Assembly (NCBI GenBank): GCA_976551045.1
Contig: CDPCPM010000280.1
Coordinates: forward strand, 3,100,001-3,164,000
Direction of reading: 5' to 3'
DNA from: Glaucostegus cemiculus
Taxonomy: Eukaryota
DNA: 64,000 nucleotides
Shown here: in pieces, positions 52,801 to 64,000 of the stretch
Layout: every line of letters begins with the position of its first letter
Numbering within the stretch: position 1 is the first letter of the stretch
Program-made: the position numbers and the translations under genes
Notes under the pieces: model-generated
Told to the model about the DNA's origin: nothing
What the model saw: only the letters and a program-made list of their open reading frames with translations
The model's database searches: none

Positions 52801-53733
52801 TCTCCTCATGTTATGCATCTTTCAGAATGCATGTATTGAATTGCAGTGGTGCAGAAACATCTCTTTGATCCCCCACTCCTCCTGTTCCACAGTCTACAAC
52901 TTTGCCTCCCCAATTTGACAGCAACTGGATCAGCAGAGACAGAAGGGGGACAAAAGAGTCTTGCAGTTTTGCACATAGCAATACGACTGCCAAATGTATT
53001 TACTCTCAAACACAGGGGAGCTAAATTCCTCAAAGTAAAATGTGTAGCCTGAAAATTGGTAAGGCTCAGCTAGACATTGATGCAACTTTTAGGAAATTAG
53101 GCATCAAACCCAAAACAGTAAGGAAGTAAACTGTCACATCTCCCTATGGTGCAATAACAGCTTCACTACAAAAACTACTTCACTGGCTGAATGCAGTTTG
53201 GAACATCTTGTGGTGCTGCAAGTCTTCCTTCACAATTTAAGTCTGCTGAATTTACATCAGCAGATTAAAATTATGAGGTCGGTGTGGAGGAAACTGAAAG
53301 GAGCGAAAAAGAAACTAAAAAAATAACCTGGAATGAACTTCCTTGCAGTGAGTTGACCGCAGGTGAGCTTCCAGCTTCACCAGTTATGCATTGGATTTGT
53401 TGGCAATGCACCAAGGCAGGTCAGGAAATTGATGGGTGAAACCTATCAACTGATGTTTCCCCTATCATCTCTCTGAGGAAGAGGAAGAGGTCTCAGCATC
53501 TTCTCAGAGGGTGGCCAGACCACAATTTGGGACTCTTGGACTGAGAAACCACAGAGTGGGCTTCAGTTCACATCTGGCTATAGAGATTCAATATCAGTTG
53601 GGGAGTCACTGCACCATCTCATCACAGTCACTTGAAGAGGTGCCTTATTGTTTTACTGTCATCGGACAACGGTAAATAAGCACAGATGATTCATACTGAA
53701 TGAAACACATATGACACTTTTAACCAATCTTAC

Positions 53734-53836
53734 CATCTAGGTTTGGTGGCATTGTCCCATCAGGATAGACGCCGTCCTTCATAAAAACAAGAAGTTCATC
53801 ACCCGATTTAACCTCTTTAATTACTTTATAGTAAAT
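53734..53836 (-). CDS. PRDM16: PRDM16 exon 5 (103 bp): end of PR/SET domain, IYYKVIKEVKSGDELLVFMKDGVYPDGTMPPNLD
   Basis: Acceptor ctag|ATT and donor GATG|gtaag. The IYY..+K...G.ELLV pattern is the PR-domain C-terminus. The phase-1 end joins the next exon in frame. Confidence 0.93.
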
Positions 53837-56800
53837 CTAGAAACAAGATTAAAAATCAAGTTAATCTAAGATGCTGAATATGTAAAAATACTATCAAATT
53901 GCACAGCAAATAAAATAGTAATCTCGTCCTTAACCTGCTGAATGAACAGGGATCCCACTGATTTATGGCGAATGATTTGCTTTCTCATCACTCCAGGGGG
54001 CCCAAAGCTGTAATTTCTGTTTACAAGGCTGGAAAGTAAATCTTAGCTCTGAATGTCATTCTGTGTCTTTTGTTCACAATTGAGTTTGAACCCAATGTGG
54101 AGGATCCTTCTGCTTCTACTGAATTTTTCATACGCAGAAAGATTGAAAGGAGTCTGCAATCCAGAAAAAAAGCTATTCTCCACGGCTTACATAAGAGAGT
54201 TTGGGACAGTGTTTATTCCAGATGCTTAAGAACAAGTATTGAGTTGTCATCCAGAAAATGTTAACCAGCTCTCTGCTAGCGGCTAGACTTCTAGTTGTCA
54301 TTTTGATGCAAGAGGGTTCTCAATCCACAACTGGTGGCTAAGGCATTTAATTTATGGGCCAGTTAAATCAAATAGTCCTTGGTCACAATCACCATCTTGA
54401 AAAACCCAAAATGGCAGTTCTAACAAAAAGACTAAACATGGCAAACACAGGGATCCCAGGTAGTAAAGCTTCTGTTCAATCATTAACTGCTTTCTGCACT
54501 TGGCTGCATGTAGTGGGGCTGCCTTGAAGAAGATACAAAAGTGCTTTATGATTATTGACCATGCCACATTTCAAGCTTCTGAAGTATAGATATTTAGTTG
54601 ACAGACCAGTCAGGAGAAGAAAAAATTCTGAGCACAAACTCTCTGGTTGAAGAACAAGTAGACAGTTACCATGTACCTATTCATCAAAAAGTTTAAAGTC
54701 TTGCTCTGAATACACTTCAAAATATTCCACTGTGGAGGCTTCCTTGTGAATACTGACATGCTCCTGAGACACTGAACTCAATCTCCAAAAAACAGTTACT
54801 TGAAAGAAAATTATTACCATCACAAAAAAAATTATTAGTCTGCTGCAACACAAATAGTGCAAAGAGAATTCAACAGATACAGAAATTTGATAGGAGTTGA
54901 ACTGAAATTTGTTGCCCCCCCTAAACACCTTGCGACCCTGCAGCCCTCCTCTTGCAACGCCGTAAGGTCAGAACCACAGTTTGAAGGTTATAGTCTAGAG
55001 GCAAAAAGTGGTCAGCAAAAAAAGAGAAAAAGTAACTCAAGTCAAAACAATTACATCAGCTGCTAAGTGTTAACAGAGCTTATTTTTGCCCTTGGGATTT
55101 GCATTGAGCATTTGTTGGGGAAATAAATAGAAAGTGTTTTACTATAGTCTGAGCAACACAAGAACATTGAACAATACACACAACACAAAACCACAGTCCC
55201 CTGCCCACAACCCTTCCACCCTTCCCACACCCACAAATATAGCAATATTGAACTCGGGCACGAGTGTAAACCAGGCAGAGTCTGCCTAATTTTGTCCTCC
55301 AGATTAATAATGAAAACTGGGGAGGCTAGAAATAGAAGGAATTGCTGATTTGATTTTTGCTTAATTTGCACTCTTGCTGAAGACCATTTTCAACTCCCAT
55401 ACAAAACAATCACTGAGACACATATCCACAAAATACAAACATTACACACACTTATACAAACACACAGACATTGAAAACAATCAGAAGTGAGCATAACATA
55501 CAAGTTGCAGCTGGAGTTGGCATTACAAAGAAGAGCTACTGCCAAAGATTCAGTGTCCGGGGGAGACTGGGGCAGCCAAACCTCTTGCATGTTCAACAGA
55601 GTTCAGAATGTCAACAAACATCTCTTGGACCACTAAAGAGAAACAGGGCCCTACTTGGAAATAACCCTGGGGGTATGGGAGGAGGAAGGACAGGTGAGGA
55701 TGCAAACCAATGACTCGGGGAATAGCATTCTGAAAGAATAAATCTTTAATAAAAACAGGGAATAGTTGGAAAAACTCAACAGGCTGGGCAGCAACTGTGG
55801 GAGGAGAAACAGTTACCGTTTTAGGTCAAAGACCGTCCATCAGAACTGAGAAAGAAAGCAAGCTAGTTTAAATAGCAGAGAAGGTGGGGGTGTGGCAATG
55901 AGTGGATTAAGGGAAATGTCTGTAATAGGGTAACATGAAGTAGCCATTAAATAGACAGTTAAGCACCTTTTGTCTGTGTAAGGTTGTTGAGTCTGAATGA
56001 CATTGTATAATCCAGCCTATTGGGATGTGAAATGAAAGAAAAGAATCTTTATTCTATTTGTCCATGGGTTGTGGGTAGAGCTGCTTTTATTGGCCTCACG
56101 TAGTCAGCTCTGGGTGCAGTGAGAATCAACTAAATGATGTGGAAAGGAGTCACATGAAGGCCTTGTGGGGAATCAACAGGAGCTTGCACTCCTGATTAAT
56201 TTTCAAAGGCACAAGCAGACTCCAGCCATCAGCCCCAACTGATATCAGAGTTGAGGGACAAAATAAAACAATGCCAAGAGAGAAATTAGAGATGGGCACA
56301 CACCCTGGAATTTTCGTCCCAGCAAGAGGCAATCAACATGAAAAGAATGAGAAAACAGGGACCAGTGGATTAATTCATCAATCCCACAACTGGTGGCATT
56401 AGCCTAGATCACAGCATTCAATGCTGCCACTGCACTGCTTCCTTTCCTCTGACCCTCTTGTTGGCAAGACAACAAAACATTCTGTAAGAGGTCAGAGGAT
56501 TTAACATACAGTACATTTGTGCCTATGGAATCAGACCATTAACTCCAGGGCTTGGGTGTTCAGTTCTCACTTCAATACTGATCAGTTTTGACAGACACTA
56601 TATACAATGACTATGAAAGAACTTGGACCATTGTAATAACCTAAGAGGGAAATGGATCAGTCACCTTTCCCTGTTCTGCTTGTTGCAGAAACTCTCAGCT
56701 GGCCAGTGACTTCCACACTTCAAAACTCATTTAATTTTGTTGTGAAGAGCTGCAAGTTCAGGCTGCTTTCTCCCTTCCAAAATTCAATGAAGTAAGTGAA

Positions 56801-59800
56801 GGATCAAAGTCTTTGGAACTGGATAATTCAGATTACAGTCCACAAGATTCAGCCCGATGTGTAGCCAGAGACCTACTTTGAAACTCGGAATGGCATTAAA
56901 GTGTTTATGATTTGGTTGCAATTATTTATTATGGCCACCAGGAGGCCCCCTTGTCTAGCAATGCAAGCATTGCCCTTTGTGTCCCAATGCACAGAGTTAG
57001 CTTGCTCAGTTCTTCAGTAACTTCAAAGTATCTCAAGAAAAAGGAAAATAAAGAGTAGTTCAAGACTACATTTTTATATTACAAACTTTCAACAACAAAT
57101 TATTTCCCTCAGGTTCTACTTTTTTCAGTATTTTAGAACGCAAAAACAAATCCATCACATCAATAAATATGAAACAATTAATTGTGAAAAGTGTTAAGTC
57201 AAGCAAAATAAAACTTGTGAAAGTGACTTGTGTCCTCACAGAGCTCGCACAGAAACCTCAGGGATCATTGCCCCAATGGTGTCAGGACACCATTCCAAAG
57301 GGACTGTGATCTTTTTGAAAACAGCCGGCTTTTCGCTTTGTGTTACAATGTAATGATGCAGCTTCTCCAGTATTATGATAACAGGATGAACATCTTTGGC
57401 TCTCCCATTTGTTAGTTCACCTGCATTTCCACACTACTAGTCTCAAATTTACTTGCTTCTCTTATGCCTTCAAAATCTTCACTGACAGTGTGGGATTGGA
57501 GCATGACCCCGTGTGATGTTTCCCTAATCACCATACTCCCACTTTCTCTGTGTTACACCCATGAAGGGATCTTCCTCTCTCCTGGGCTCCCTGCCTTCAC
57601 TAAAGGTCCAGCATTAAATCTTCAAATACAGCATACAATTACCCTAAAGTAAGGCCCTCTCTGAGATGGGAGCGGCCACTACTTACCCTCTGATGGCCTT
57701 TCTTTTCTCAGCGATGCCCCATTTTATGATGCACTCTGTGCATGTGGAGAAGCTACATTAATCAGTTCTTTCCATTTCTAATGATTAACAGAAAACCTAC
57801 TATCACTGTGCACCGCTGTTATGCTAACTTATGGCTGAAGTCACATTGTAGAGCGAGGAGAGAACTAACTGTGCATTATTGTTGTGTGACATTTGGGATA
57901 AGGTAGCCATCAAAAATAAAAGTAGTAAAGCAAAAAAACCCACAGAGACATTCATTAAAAAGTTAAGGTGCTCCCAACACCAGTAACTCCATGTGTACTG
58001 AACTGCCATATCGGAAGATAAATCCCTTTCTCCCTTTTCTTAGTCTTTGTAATGAAGTTTGTAATTTGTAAAAGAAAAAGAAAGAAAAGCACAAGGAATT
58101 TCTAAAATGACACACAGGCAACATAAGATTTTTTCCTCAAATAGTATTCAGAATAAAATCAGAAATTGCTGACCTGTGTTTGTACTTAAAGTTGTGGAAC
58201 TCTGCTACTGTGGGCCTGAAGTGCTGGACTTGTTTGAATGGTCTCCAGATAGATAACTTTCAAATTACTGTAAAGCACAGACAACTCCAGTGAACACAGA
58301 GCTGTATTGAGCCCTGTGTTCGGCAACAGAGGCAGAGCCTTCTGCCCTCTTGACCAGCTCTTCATCCCTTTCTTTCCCTGTGCCGGTGAAATTTTATCTC
58401 CCTCTCCCCTCTCTCGGAGATCTGCTGAGTGGTTTGAAAGCGCATTCTGTCACTCCCACTAATCACATCAGCCAGGCTTGACCTCTGAACCTTCCTCACA
58501 TTGCGTCTCTATTACAAGAGATTTCGACACCATGACCATTCATAAGAGCAGCAAGTTAAAATGGGCACATCAGCCCTGGCACAGTAAAATTAAAGGATGT
58601 TTCCTTGGCTTTTTCCAAATCAGGTTTGTCACAAAATAAAGCTGGATTTTAAACCAAAACTGTGAGCACTCAGTCTATTAAATTCAGTTTAAAACTATAA
58701 CCCATTCCACAATCAAAACAAAACCACAATAATACTGATTTTAGTGAAGTGATCCCTGAATAGCTGGTAAGATACAAGCAAAGAAAGTAAACAGTGAAAA
58801 TAATCAGCAAGGGGTGTGCATGTGATGGAATAGATCTAACCATAGCTGGAATTCTTGTTTTCAAGCATGTACAACATGGATTAAATTGTCATGTATTGAA
58901 ACCCTAACCTCCCCAATGCACCCAAAATCTCCAATAATGAATAGCTGATATAAAGATGCATAGCGGTTCCATACCACAGCCTGCTCACTCACAGAAAAAA
59001 GATTCTCTGTTGTGCAGCATGTGGGGCAGGACTGCAGCCAGTGTGGTGTTTATTGCATCTTTCTCTATGGCTGAAGATCCCATTCCCAGGTCTCTCCAGA
59101 GCTTATTGCAAATATTTTCTACTATTTACCAGGTGGATCCTTTTACACATGAACAACAGGGAAGGTGTGTGAGAGCAAGGGGATCCTTATATGACGGAGA
59201 GTAGATTGCTACTCCTCAATCCAGGTGCAGAGAGAAGTGTCTTGAAGATGAGGGAGCACTGAAACATTGACCCTTGCCGGCTCACCTGGCACCAAGACAT
59301 TCACCCTCAGTGGTTCACCAGGACACAGTAACTACCCAGCACCAGTAACGGAGGCAACCAACAACAACTTTATGTTTGCCAACAAAGCCACAAGTCTCGC
59401 TTTCTCTCTTGCTCCTTCATTCATTTCCCCTCTATTTTCAGTCTCTATCTTTAAAGTCAACTGTCACTCTCTAATTCCGTCAAGAAAGTGGGTGCTATGT
59501 CTATCCAAAACTAAAACATATAAAAGTCAGGCAGCAACCACTGATGAGTCAAAACCTGAAAGAGGTACTGGCATCTCATTGCTGAGATGATGCACAAACA
59601 GTGGAAACCAGAAATAAAAGTAAAAGGCTGTAAATGCACTTCTTTCATCAAATATAGGGTCCCCCAGACAGAAAGGGAAGCACAGATCGACACTTCAGGC
59701 AGAACTCCTTACCAGAACACGCACAAAATGTTGATAAAAGAATAATTAAGCTGTCTTTTTTAAGTTGGTTAGCATCAGTAAATAAGATTTAATGCATAGG

Positions 59801-59844
59801 TTGATGATGGGGTGGGAGGGGGTTTTGGGATGGATCTGGTTTTG

Positions 59845-60090
59845 ACAGTGTAGTGCTTAAGTTACGGAATTACCAGCCTCAGTTCTAGACCATTGAACTG
59901 GAGCTACAAGATTGAACTCCACCGTTGTAAGTGTTCCAATAATTAAATAAATCTGGAATCACACACAGGCCTCAATGACAGTCACCACAAAACTACCAGA
60001 TTGTCATAAAAACTCATCTAATCCGCGGAGATCATTCAGGAAAGGAATCCTGCCATCCTTTGCCAATATGTGACTCCAGACCTGCCACTG
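59845..60090 (+). mobile_element. SINE-like repeat fragment
   Basis: aaactaccagattgtcataaaaactcatct...aggaaaggaatcctgccatcct...atgtgactccagacc resembles a common elasmobranch interspersed repeat. Family uncertain. Confidence 0.45.
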
Positions 60091-60097
60091 TTGGTAC

Positions 60098-60700
60098 TCA
60101 GGAAGCTGAAGAAATTTGGCATGTCCCCTTTGACATTCACCAACTTTTATCAATGCACCATAGAAAGCACCCTATCTGAATGCATTGCAGCTTGGTAATG
60201 CAACTGCTCTGCCCAGGACCACAAGAAACTGCAGAGAGTTGTGGACACAGCCCAGCACATCACGGAAACCAGCCTCCCCTCCATGGACTCTCTCTATACC
60301 TCTCGCTGCCTTGGTGAAGCAGCCAACATAATCAAAGACCCCACCCACCAGGGTTATTTTCTCTTCTCTCCCATTAGGCAGAAGATACAGGAGCCTGAGG
60401 GCACCAGGCTCAAGGACAGCTTCTATCCCATGGTGATAAGACTATTGAATGGTTCCCTTATACGATGAGATGGATTCTTGACCTCACAATCTACCTTGTT
60501 ATGACCCTGCACCTTATTGTCTACCTGCAATGTTCTTCCCTGTAGCTGTGATACTTTACTCTGTACTCTGTATTCTGTTATTGTTTTTACCCTGTACTAC
60601 CTCAATGCACTGTGTAATAAATTGATCTGTACGAACGGTATGCAAAACAAATTGTTCACTGTACCTCGGTACAAGTGACAATAATAAACCAATACCAATA
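60098..60700 (+). mobile_element. Rex1/Babar-like LINE 3' end
   Basis: LRKLKKFGMSPLTFTNFYQCTIESTLSECIAAW*CNCSAQDHKKLQRVVDTAQHIT is a typical Rex1 post-RT region. The 3' UTR has a stem-loop and a (ACCAAT)n tail. Confidence 0.8.
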
Positions 60701-60730
60701 CTTCTCAGTTCAGGAGCAAATAGGGATTTC

Positions 60731-60990
60731 TGAGATGGATTCTGATCTCATGATCTACCTTATGACCTTGCACCTTACTGTCTACCTGCACTGCACTTTC
60801 TCTGTAGCTGTGACACTTTACCCTGTACTGTTATTGTTTTTACCTGTACTACATCAATGCACTCTGTACTAACCCAATGTAACTGCACTGTGTAATGAAT
60901 TGCCAATATGATCAGTATGCAAGACAAGTTTTTCACTGTACCTTGGTACAAGTGACAATAATAAACCAATACCAATACAAATACCAAATA
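60731..60990 (+). mobile_element. Second, tandem copy of the Rex1-like 3' UTR
   Basis: Direct similarity to 60466-60700 (tgagatggattct...gtgacaataataaaccaataccaata). Confidence 0.85.
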
Positions 60991-61236
60991 AATTTTAAGA
61001 AACTTGAAAGCCATTGCAGCACCTTGCTCTACAGGGCCAATTAGTAGCTGAAACTTATCTTATTAATGTGAAATTATTTACCTAGAGGACATCCAATTTA
61101 AATGTTTACATGGACAGTTTCAATGTTAAAAGCTTGACAAAAAGATGGACAATAGAAAGTTGGACAATGGGTATACATGTCAACCATACACTCATACAGA
61201 TGCTGACTGGTCAGCTGTGCATTGCCAAATTTTTTT

Positions 61237-61340
61237 TATTGGTATTGGTTTATTATTGTCACTTGTACCGAGGTACAGTGACAAACTTGTCTTGCATACT
61301 GATCATACAGGGTAATTCATTACACAGTGCAGTTACATGG
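61237..61340 (-). mobile_element. Third, inverted copy of the Rex1-like 3' terminus
   Basis: Reverse complement of 60875-60977 with only a few mismatches. Confidence 0.85.
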
Positions 61341-61729
61341 AATTAACCTTGTACTGGGCCACATTTACAAATACTTGTAGGAATTATTAAATCTTCGAAT
61401 CTTGGCAATTCTTTGGTTCTGCAGGCTAAACTGAGAGAAGTTGCTTTGTGTATATGGGCAGGAGCAGCTAGCGAATGGCCTCATTTACAACACAGATAAA
61501 TTGAATAGAACACAGTTTATACTTGATTGGTGTCAGCAATTTTAAATCAACCGTGTCTTCTGGGTACGTGGTTTTGGAGGAAGAGGGGGGAAAGCTTTTG
61601 TTGTGGTGGGGTGAAGGTAAGGGAGTACTGCCATGTCACCGTTAAATGAAATAGAGAAACAGTTAACAACATCTTAAAGAAAAGGATAATTGAGGAAATA
61701 TTTGTAACATGTTAATTAAATTTTGTTTG

Positions 61730-62000
61730 TTATGACAGCAATGTAATAATGACCAGAATATCAATATTAGAAATGTTCATCTGATAAGCAAGGACAACTC
61801 TCTTGTTCTTCTCTAAAATTATGCCATGGGTATTTTATATTGACCTGAAAGAGTAGAGGGAACATTCAACTGGCAGTGTATGTGTCAGCACCACACTTCC
61901 TCAGTACTGCACTGGAGTTTTTGACAAGACCTTTCTGGTAGGATCTAAACCTGCAACATTCTGACTCTGAAACAAGAATCCTTTCAACTCACCCACATTT
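61730..62000 (-). mobile_element. Deu-domain SINE copy
   Basis: aatgaccaga, gccatgggtattttatattgacctga, cctcagtactgcactgga, ttctgactctga. Confidence 0.6.
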
Positions 62001-63414
62001 AAGTCACCACCAGTATACTTACTAGGTAAGTACTGTGGCCTAGAAATTCTAGTGCCCAACAGTTAATTTTAAAGAGCGGGCTTGATCTGATTCAGCCCAA
62101 GTCTGGCTACATGACTCACTTGATACCTGACCTGAACCTAATACATATAGTTCGACTTGGCTGGGAGGCCAAGCTCTCTGTTAGATGCTGTTCAGATGGA
62201 TCCATTGTTCTCCCAACCCTGCTTCCTCTCAGCAACTTAAAACATGCTTGTTTTCTCACTGATCCCAGTGCTGATGAAAGGTTGTCAGCCTGAAATCTTA
62301 ACTTATTCTCCCTCTGCAGATGTTGCCTGAACTGCTGTTTTTCCAGCATTTTGTTTTTTTCAGATTTCTTACATCTGCAGTTTTTGCTTTTAGACTTCCA
62401 TTGAAGTCCCACTTTCAAATATTTTCCTTTGTTTTCATAACATTATTTTACAAACCAACTCAGATTATCTATGCACAATTCAAACATTGCAAATGTAAGA
62501 TCAGTCTTTGCTGTTAATCCCTTTTATTCATTTATGGAGGTAGGCTTTGGTGGCAAGGTCGCTCTCATTGTTCCAGTAAAGGTGGTGGTGAAGCCACCTT
62601 CTTGAACTTGTGCAGTGTGTCTGATGAAGGAAGTCCCTCAGTGCTGTGTACTATTTAACCCTGGTATTAGTGAGGGAACAATGATATACTTTTCAAGTTA
62701 GAATGGAAAGAAACTTGCAGGAGTGGGGTTAATGCAGCAAATTTAATTATCCTCACCAAGCTAATGTTGGACATTATTTCTGGTGTGAACCTGTTACTGC
62801 TCAATCCACTTAACACATCATCAATGATCTCTTAGTCAACACATTCCCACCTTGCCAAACTGTTCTGATTCTGATTCTGTGCGGTCTACTCCACCTGGTG
62901 TCAACCCATTTCCACAGAAACCCATTCCCCCTCTGTCCCCCTCCATCCCCACCCCACCCCCACCACCAACCCATTCTTCTGGTATCAACACAGTCCCACC
63001 CTTTCCACTCATGGGATCAACTTTACTGGTATCAAAAATTTCTTATCCACTTCAGTGATTAAACAACTGGTATCTGGTCACTTGCAGTTCAAACGTGCAC
63101 GGTGTCAGCACCAATTTATCGGTATTCTCCTGAACGTTTACTCAGCTGTATTATTTATTTTTTCTCTTTATACCCAGCTTGCCACATGTGAATGGAGCCG
63201 CTCTGGTTTTGTTTAAGTGTGGTTTTGCTTACATTATTATTAATCATGCCCTTCCTGATCTCACCCACAGGACCTCATTGCTAAATAGCTGTTTACAATG
63301 GAGTCACACCACCCAGTGCAGGGATGTTAAATAAACAGAGAAAGAAGAGAAATACGCAGACCAACAAAAACCATCCTGTCTTTTATGTGACAGTTCATAA
63401 TTTCTAAAGGAAGA

Positions 63415-63745
63415 ACTCATGGATTTATATAGTACCTTTTATGTAGGCAGACATTCTGAAGCACTTCGCATTTCATGAATTATTTTTGAACTGCAGTCAC
63501 TGCTGTATTGTAGTGATACCTGGCAGCCAACTTGTGCCCAGCATGTTCTCACAAGCAACAAACAAAACAAATAATTAGTTCATTTGTTCATACATATGCT
63601 AGTTGAGGCAGGAGATGGGTAGAGACTGTCTCTTGCTTGCCTTTGATTACTGCCATAGTGTCAGAACAGGCAAGGACTCCAATTTACTGTACTTTTTGAA
63701 AGTTGCACTTGTGACAAAACAGCATTCCCTCACTACTGCTCATCC
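63415..63745 (-). mobile_element. Deu-domain SINE copy, decayed
   Basis: gcagtcactgctgtattgtag...gcagccaacttgtgc...gacaaaacagcattccctca. Confidence 0.5.
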
Positions 63746-63957
63746 TTTTAGATGAGTTATCCTTTCTGCTTTATAACATGCCTGGACATTTTTTTCCCAA
63801 AATAGTATTGATCATAAGAAGAGGTGTTTTGAGATGTGGGAGAGAGTAATAAATTGAGTTTAAAAATTTTTTCAGGTGGTATATTTTGGTGCAGAACACT
63901 TACGAAACAGTCTGTAAAAATGGATTATTTTGAACTTATTGAAGGGAGAAATGCACT

Positions 63958-63977
63958 TACACACACACACACACACT
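63958..63977. repeat. (CA)n microsatellite
   Basis: About 9 AC units. Confidence 0.85.
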
Positions 63978-64000
63978 TAAAGAGAAATATGTAGATAAAT

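Noticed and set aside
53840-64000. PRDM16 exon 4 (PR core with WLKY motif)
   Set aside because: Not found by eye; presumably upstream of the window.

Overview
Vertebrate genomic DNA, AT-rich and CpG-depleted. The repeat content (an HE1-like V-SINE, CR1/HER1-like LINEs, SacSINE1-like Deu-SINEs) points to a cartilaginous fish (shark or ray). The whole window lies inside one minus-strand gene, PRDM16. Ten coding exons were reconstructed by hand with GT-AG boundaries and consistent phases: 103, 199, 148, 154, 1384, 88/85, 170, 78, 170 and 175 bp. They correspond to exons 5-14 in human numbering (recalled, not looked up) and encode the end of the PR domain, the N-terminal zinc-finger cluster, the CtBP-binding repression region, the C-terminal three-finger cluster and the start of the C-terminal region. 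Exons 1-4 and the acidic-domain/last exons were not found and presumably lie outside the window. Introns hold decayed CR1, L2, RTE-like and Rex1/Babar-like LINEs, several SINEs, a degenerate 25-bp minisatellite and candidate enhancers. I see no prokaryotic-type or wholly new system. The best leads concern isoform and regulatory control: an EVI1-like internal Met in exon 5, a tandem in-frame donor that would break a zinc finger, a NAGNAG acceptor, a dense ERR/NR5A half-site cluster, candidate poison exons and intronic inverted repeats. Repeat boundaries are approximate and family names come from memory of consensus motifs, not from a database search.
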